The notes under the pieces were generated by a model, which was given only the letters and a program-made list of their open reading frames with translations, searched no databases and was not told the DNA's origin. Shown piece by piece: positions 56,205-64,000 of a DNA stretch of 64,000 nt (positions are counted from its first letter, which is position 1; every line of letters starts with the position of its first letter). This DNA is from the human T2T-CHM13v2.0 reference genome, Homo sapiens: NCBI RefSeq assembly GCF_009914755.1, contig NC_060926.1; one strand, 5' to 3'. A program made the position numbers and the translations under genes.

Positions 56205-58633
56205 GTAAATACAATAAAATATATCATAATTGTTTTAATAAAGTCAATTCAGCTGTGCAAATTCTTTTCTATTAATTAAACCAGAAAAAGATCTCTATCC
56301 ATGAATTTGCTATAGTCATGCCTACATATCTATGTTTATGCACAAGTGTGTTTGTTCCTAATATCCAGGGTGGAATTTTTGCTGAAATACAGTGACAAAG
56401 TTGTCCTTCAAACTTCATCATCACTTTGACTCTCTTAGTGCCATTCCTTCTTTATCCTAAATCATCTTCTTTTTCCCCCCCAACCTTTTTTTATGATCTG
56501 AGTCCATTTTCAGGAAAGTTTGTTGATAATCACTTATAAATATTAGCCACTGTGCTTATTCCCCAAGGAGGGTGGAGTTTTTAGTTGTCTCTTAAAACCT
56601 GACTGACTGAATCTCAGCAAAGCAATGGTGGAAAAGTTTGAAGGCCAATGCCTCAGCAAGTCCATCATGTGGACCATGAGCTTGTCCGCTTAATCATAAC
56701 CATGGACTTAACTCCCAAGTCTGAGGATATCTTCAAACATCAAATATTTTGGAGTTCTCTGGCATGGAGTCAGGAACCCAACATCTATGAAAACATTCTG
56801 AAGAGAAAAGCAGAAATACTCCGTTAGATGAGACCTTATGCTCCATTCTCAGCAGGCATGCAGCTCAAGGACTTCTAAATCTGTGGTACATGGAATGTGA
56901 TTTATTCTTAAGCTTGAGTCAAACAGTACTTACAAATTTCTATTTGTTCTTATATGTGGAGTATATATGCATGTTTTAAGGGTGAATCTTAGGTAAATTT
57001 GTTCAACTATCAGAATCTTAACCCAATAACAGGCATAAGTGGGCATGAACAATGACCAGTTACAAAAACAAGCAAAACAACAATCACACAACATGCTTAA
57101 ATTATCTTGCTCTCTCTCTTTTGGCTTATTACAGTCACTTTTCTCAGAAGTATGATCTTGAAAGCTGGCTAAGGCAGATTCACCTCCTCAGATTAAAGGG
57201 ATCATGGTCCTTATTTTTGGGATTGTACATAGAGGAGAAATGCTTAACAAAATATCCCATTCACATTTATCTCCTGCAGTCTGCACTTTGCAGTGAGCTT
57301 GTATAGTGATTGTCAGCTCTGGACAGACGTGCACTGACAGAATGATGTATGGAAGCTCCATGTCAGCAGAGTAGCATCTGCAGCAAACATCCAATCTGCC
57401 TGTATTTACCGGGATTCTGAGACAGACATCTCTTTCCTTTTACTTGATGCTTTCCTTTGCACAGACTCCCCTTGTTTGTTTTAGATAAACCTTGTATCAG
57501 CAATGACCTAAATAACTTTGAACAAAGAAAACAAAACAAAATGGCAGAGGACTTACTGAAAATGAAAGCTGGCCTCCTAAAGGAAAGTTAATCTACTTAA
57601 GAAGCATAAATAGTCACTATTGATATGGACATTGATTGAGGCAATGGATAAATATCTGATACTGGTTATGGAGAACATAGTAATATCTACCATTTATGAA
57701 GCAACTATTGTGGGTTTTGTTTGGTCGTAGGAGCTTTTCATGCAATATGAATTATCCCTGTTATCACCACCATCTATCAAGGGCCTCCTATGCATGTGGT
57801 CCTGACCTAGATACCACTCACCTGCTGGATTGATGTAAGAACGGTCTTTAGTCTACCTATACCACACTGTGCAGCTATCATTTATTTTTTGGCAGTTATA
57901 TATATGGTATTCTGTTTGATGTTCTACACTTACTACGAGGGTAAAATAGTAATAACTATAATACTAGGCACTATCTCTTAAATAACCTCTATATATGTGG
58001 CACTATGCTAAGTTCTTTGTAAGTATGGAAGAAAATACTATTGGCCACCAGATGATGAACGTCTGTTTGCTAGGCAATGTGCCAGCATTATTCAAACTGG
58101 TACAATCAACTTGAGGAAGTTTTGCAGTCAAGGAAACTGAGGCACAAAGATGTTAAATGTGTTTTCCAAGGTCACAAAGCTAAGTTTATGGGCTTCAACT
58201 GAATTTGAGTGAGGCTGATTCTGCAGCATGATCACGTTCCAGTCTGCTGCACAGGGTGTGTGTGTCTGTGTGTATGTGCGCACATGGACATGACTACAGT
58301 GGACTCACTCGTTTTATGCTTCTCTATGCATCTGAAACAAAAGCTCTTGACAAAAGACTTATAATCTTACAGCTGACCTTTTAAGAATTAACTAAAATTA
58401 CAAGTTGTTTAGAGCTAAAAGGGTTCTTAAAAGATGGAATCTGATTTATTCAAACCATGATTAATGTGATGGATTTGATCTTTAAAATTTTTTTTAGTCT
58501 TCCTCATTCAAGAAAATGTTTTTCTTACCTACTTCATTTGTAGAAAATAACAACCAGAGTTCAGCAGCCAAGAATATAGCAGTCATACCTATTTGTAGGT
58601 AAATAAACCAAAATAAAACAAAAAGCAAACTGA

Positions 58634-58909
58634 GGCCAGGCATGGTGGCTCACCCAGCACTTTGGGAGGCAGAGGTGGACAGATCACTTGAGGTCAGGAA
58701 TTAGAGACCAGCCTGGTCAACATGGTGAAACCCAGTTTCTACTAAAACTACAAAAATTAACCAGGCATGGTAGTGTGCACCTGCAATCCCAGCTAGTCAG
58801 GAGGCTGAGACATAAGAATTGCTTGAACCTGGGAGGTGGAGATTACAGTGTGCTGAGATCGCACCACTGGACTCAAGCCTGGGCTACAGAGTGAGACCCT
58901 GTTTCAAAA
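58634..58909 (+). mobile_element. AluS (Sx/Sz-like)
   Basis: Dimeric Alu missing gcctgtaatc near the 5' end; near-TSD aagcaaactga/acaaaactga. Confidence 0.9.
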
Positions 58910-60258
58910 CAAAACTGAGTTTCAACAAAGCAAGCCAAGTAAATAGGACCCACCATTGTCTATAATGAGAATTAAGCAAACAAACAAAACAAGCAATTGT
59001 GGCTCCTTTAGGCACTGATGCGTTAATCACCACCCTTCTTTTTTATGAGCTCAGATCTAACCAACAACTTCATTATTTATAGTTAACATGTCTGTGATAA
59101 TTATGGTGTTGGTATTTTGCCCAGTCATGCATATTAGTACATTCTCAGTATTTCTAGATCATGTAAAACAAAGATTCTTAAAGATATAAGAAATTGAACT
59201 AGCATGTTACTTTGGTAAGGGCTAACGTGTGGTATAGTTCAAAAGAGTATTTGCTTGGTTGCGTTTTATCTCTCTTGACTCTAGGAAAATCCCACCTTCC
59301 ATACCCAGAGACCATCATTCAAGGGCCATGCATGTCCAGTACCCTTTTCTGTCCAAGGATATCAGGAATCCTTCATCTCACGTTAGCTTCTGCTACCTGA
59401 ATTACTCGGGAGGGATCGAGACACAGTGACAGTGAGGTGGAAGAGAGGAAGGAGATGCTTACAGGAAAAAACTACTTTTATTTCCCCTCAAATAACAATT
59501 CATAAGTATCCATCTACTCCTAGTCAATGTTTGGATTAAGAGTAATCAGAGTTATTAATGAGTTATCTATAGACTTTTATGACTCATATATTAGGTATTA
59601 GGGAGGAAAAGGAAACTACTGTATATACATTTAGAGCTCTATAGCGGTCAATTATGCTTATCAATGTCATACATTAACCTATTACCATTTTAAACTTTTA
59701 AAGTATGTTCTAGAATAATATAGATTTTATGAAGGAGGAAATCAAAGATTAGAAGAGTTTTTTAATTGCTCTAAATTCAGAGGACAAGTAGGTAGATGAG
59801 CATGGATTCACAGCCTGGTATATTTTTCTCAAATATGACACTTCTACCTCACCACACGTATCTTTAGGAATAACTTTAGGAAAAATGTGTAAGTTAGCAA
59901 AATATTTTTACAGGTATACATTTTTTTCTAGCCCCCTTTTATTTCTTATACAGAATTACCCTTTACTAGTTTCCTCATTTGCCCAGGTAATAATCTGATA
60001 ACTACTTATGCCTTCATATTATTGATTTTAAACTATTGTCTACCCTCCACCAAGGGATACTGCAATGAGAAATTACTTTTTTGCTTAAAAATTATTGAGA
60101 CACTAATGATATTTCAAATAAAGAAAGAGTTTTCAGAGGAGAAGGAGCCAGAAATTATCCCATGTAGGTGACCAGCCACCAACTAAGCATGCGTCATCAG
60201 CTAATAGAAGTTCCAGGAAAGCTAGTGCAGTCTTTGGCGGTGGAATGAACTCAGTGTT

Positions 60259-60276
60259 TGACACCAGATGGTGACA
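60259..60276 (+). promoter_or_regulatory. Candidate CTCF site
   Basis: tgacaccagatggtgaca resembles the CTCF core CCACCAG(A/G)TGGC(A/G). Confidence 0.4.
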
Positions 60277-60459
60277 GTACCACTTTACTTCATGCTCATT
60301 GCATTACATTTTAGAATCGTGAGTAAATCTTGAATAAAACCCATTAAAATTACCAATATAAACTAGAGATGAAGAGAGGCCAAGAAGGTAGCGGGGGTGC
60401 AACTGAGGGTGTATAAAGAAAATAATTAAATTATATAGCTTGTGACAAAGACGTAGGTT

Positions 60460-60800
60460 GGCATGATTGCTGTTTTCAATTATTTAGCAGCCTGTTTTAA
60501 GAAGAAATTGTTAGACCTCTTATTTTTATTTATTCTTTATTTTGTAGCCCTAGAAAAAAACTAAGCTCTATATGTGAAAAATTATTAGGTGCTAGATTTT
60601 GGTTTAATGGAAGCAAGGACTTTCAAATAATTAAAGTTGTCCTAAAATGGAATAAACTGCTTGGTGAGGCAGTGAATTTCCCATCACTGAAAGTGTGTAG
60701 TGAGAGGCTACATGGTCACTTATTAGGAGTTTATGACTCTAGATTGAGGGTTAATATAGATGACCTAATCTCTCTTCCCATTCTGAGAGTCTATGATTCA
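60460..60800 (+). mobile_element. L3/CR1 LINE 3' end
   Basis: atggaataaactgc..gaggcagtgaatttcccatcactgaaagtg...agatgacc...attctgagagtctatgattc (CR1-type terminal repeat). Confidence 0.7.
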
Positions 60801-61223
60801 ATACTTGCTTGTGTGTTCCAAGAATGTTTTAATGTGATTACTACAGCCAGAGCCAATTTGGTGGATCTATGACCAACTTGGGAGCCTCTCAATACTTTTT
60901 GGTATTTTGTTATTTGTTATATATCTTTTTGAAGTCTATTACAATTGGAGTCAATAAGTTGGCCCTCTTGTGTTGATTAGTGGCTCCTGTCCCAGCAGAG
61001 CTCCTTCCCATACAAAGAGAGAGCAGCTGAGCATAAAGTATATTGAGTTAAGACCCCATCACTATCCTGAAGAATCATTTTGTTTTCTGTACATAGGACA
61101 AATTTTTTTCACTATTCACAATTTGTGAAATTATGAACATTTGAAGGAGAATTAGGACCACAAAGAAGCCAATTCTGAAATGGGTTTGCAGCACTACAAA
61201 GTTGTAGATTCACGAGAAATGAT

Positions 61224-61247
61224 CACACACACACACATACACACACA
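61224..61247. repeat. (CA)n microsatellite
   Basis: Directly visible. Confidence 0.9.
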
Positions 61248-63794
61248 ATCTCTATTTAGCCAAGAATACAGAACTAAATAGAAGTGAGAATCTACTTGCC
61301 CCTTATGTCCACATGAGGCATAGAACTATGGTTGACAGTTTCTATGCTGGTAGGACCCTTGAAACAATTATAAAAAAGCTTAATTTTTGCTAAGTCACTG
61401 TTCTTTTAACTTTGGTTATACCATATTTTCAAAAGAAATGGCACTAACCATGTATTTATTTTTATTTAAGTAGACATTTACCATTAACATTTAATACTTG
61501 AACTTGACATTATAAATGAGCTGAAGTACAATAAAGGAAAAGAAAATATAGTGTTAAGAGATCCCTGGCTACTTGAATATGTGAAAACCACATATATGAT
61601 ATATCCTAGGCCATTCAAGTCTTAATTATTTTAACTTGATGAACTTGATGCTCTTATTTTCATTTTCCTTGAATTTATATATTTCATTTGCTTTTGTATG
61701 CATTTTGTTGCTTTCTGGTTTAAATGGTGATTTGTCATCTTTTGGGTGCATGATAGATTTTCTGCTTGCCTTTGACCTCATCACTGTATTGCCTTGGCAT
61801 ACAACACTTTCCAATCTTCTTGCTCATTTTTCTGTTGTTTATTCTCTTTTCCATAACGTTAATAACAATGACAAATTAAATGCGACCCAACTCTCAGCTG
61901 CATAGCACCTCACGGGAAAGCCTCTTAGCTGAATAAGCATTCATTTTTCACCTGACTTTAGATCTAGCAAGTTGGTCATTCTTCAATCCATGAAACAATG
62001 CTTCAAATAAAATCCAAGCTGAATTCATGGTTTCTGGTTACCTAATAGAATTAAGACTTTTTATCTTTTGTCTATTGTTAATTTTAATGACACAAAGTCA
62101 GGGATGAGTTTGATCTGCAGTAATATGCATTTTCTTCATCATAAATGCACCACGTTCTTGAAACATATTCATTTGCTCTATATTTTGTTTCTGTTAATAG
62201 CTCTGACGGTTGACATTAAATATTATAGAAGATGATGGCGAAGGTCAGCTGCTATTTCTACAACTTGAAGGGAAGTACCCCAATAGACTTCTTTTACTTT
62301 TTTTTTTTTACAAAATATTTATTTATTTATTTGCTTTTCACATTTGAGAGGTTTCAGATGCAAATACAGTGGCTTGAGAAATGCATCGGTCATAGCCTTT
62401 CAAGATACTCAGTCACCCATTTCTTGCTTAGCTTCATAGGAAACTCTTATCTGTGATGTATCAACATATTGGTCACAGTTTTAATTATCAGCTGCTCAAT
62501 ACCTAGAGGAAGGACAGGTTTACTTGCAAAAGATAGACTGTTGAGATTTCTCCCTTCAATATTATTATTTATTTCATCTTCTTTAATAAATCAAAAGGAT
62601 AGCGTTCAATGAAAAATTTTTTCTTTTTCCAACATATTTTAAATCTCTTTTTCTACAATTCACTGATTTGTCTACCAAAACAATCATATCAATTTAAGTT
62701 TCTCCATCTGTCAGTTAGAAAAAACTATAATTTACTTGGAAGATGGTCTTGTTTAGTTTTTGCTTGTGATTATAGTATCAAAATTGAGAAGCCGATGTAA
62801 GTCATAATAGTACAGGATTTTTTAGTGCTTCAAGATGCATAAAAAATAAAATTAACAAATTCGGCATCATTTTATTCATAACTTAAACTCTAAACTAAAT
62901 GTTAAGGAGGAAATTTGAATCTTATAGAAAATTGAGATAAAATTTAATATGAGTTAAGAAAAGATAAATACAGTAATTATAAATAATTTTATTAATGTTG
63001 TATGGTTTTAGATAAAACCTGGCCAGAAAATAAGATCATGCCTTCTATAAGTTTTTCAATGATTCTGTGATTATGTGATCTAGCCACGTCAATTTGCATC
63101 TTATTTGCTAATTTTTGTAGAATCTCAGAAGAATGTATCTTTATACAACATTACCTGAGAAAGGAAAATATATCTTATATCTATAGAGAAAGAAGTAAAT
63201 TGGGTAAAATGAGGTCAGTTAAGTTAATCAAGCATATTTTTTGGATAGCTTTGACAGTAAGCTTGAGATGTGTATATTGCTGTGATAGAAAATAGGGGGC
63301 CCAGGCTGATTTTTTGTAGTAAGATTGACATGCAGGACAAAGGATGTAGAAAAACAAGTCAGCTAGAAAGTATGAGGCAATGCACAACAGCCAGAGGTGG
63401 TGACACACACAGCCATAAAGATGCTGTTTGGAATGTTTTCTGGGGGGGAGTGGTGAGGATGGCATTTCCACTGAGAATCTGGTAAAATGCACATAAATGA
63501 TAATTTTTATACAATCAAGATTGCATCAAATATCTGAAGGCCAAAACACCAGATGAAGAAGAGAGATGGGTACAAGCAATAGGGGTAAAGCAAAATCAGC
63601 AAAATTGGCTGAAGGGAAACAAGAGCTCACAGGTTAGTTTAGATTTGAGCCTAAGTGACATTAGTCATGTTGGTACCATCATCTGGAGTGCAGAGACTTA
63701 GAAGAAGTGTAATTTTAGGCTTTGACTGTGAGTCCTATTTCACACTTGTGGAAATGATTGTAATGAGGAGGCATGTAACAATTATAATAGAGGA

Positions 63795-64000
63795 TGATAA
63801 TAGCTAATGTTTATTAATAGTTTATGTTACAGGCACTGTTGTAAGCTATTTTTATTAATTGATTTTCTCTCTCCATTAGTCCTAAAATATACATAATACT
63901 ATTATTCTCATCTTATAGATGACAAAACTAAAATGTTTAGAGTTAAAATAATCCCCTACTATGACACAGTTTGTTAGTGGCAAACTTGGGATTTAAATAC
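63795..64000 (-). mobile_element. MIR
   Basis: aatagctaatgtttatt..caggcactgtt...atcttatagatgacaaaacta...gttagtggcaaacttgggatttaaa. Confidence 0.7.

Overview
Primate (human-like) non-coding genomic DNA, dominated by transposable elements. I find no supportable host protein-coding exon. The only ORFs with recognisable protein similarity are broken LINE-1 ORF1/ORF2 pieces (38.6-48.7 kb); a decayed ERVL pro/pol (23-26 kb) is visible only as short hand-translated fragments. Layout: (1) 1-6346 is the 3' part of a MER41 (ERV1, MER4-group) provirus ending in a MER41B-type LTR with two intact STAT GAS motifs. It is interrupted by Alus, a THE1 LTR and a chimeric retrocopy at 970-2341 (full-length U6 fused to about 935 nt of an LTR-polyadenylated transcript, inside one degenerate TSD). 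(2) 6.7-13.8 kb is a dense, nested ERV1 LTR cluster. (3) 14-38 kb mixes unique DNA, MIR/L2, an ERVL remnant containing a perfect 17-bp inverted repeat, solo LTRs and old L1. (4) 38-53 kb is a nest: an L2 split by a 5'-truncated L1PA and by a full-length L1PB (perfect 17-bp TSD) that itself carries a solo LTR12. (5) 53-64 kb is older unique DNA with MIR, L3 and a candidate CTCF/enhancer motif cluster. Repeat subfamily names come from recalled consensus sequences and need RepeatMasker/Dfam confirmation. I cannot demonstrate a new biological system here; the best leads are the U6 chimera and two pre-miRNA-sized hairpins.
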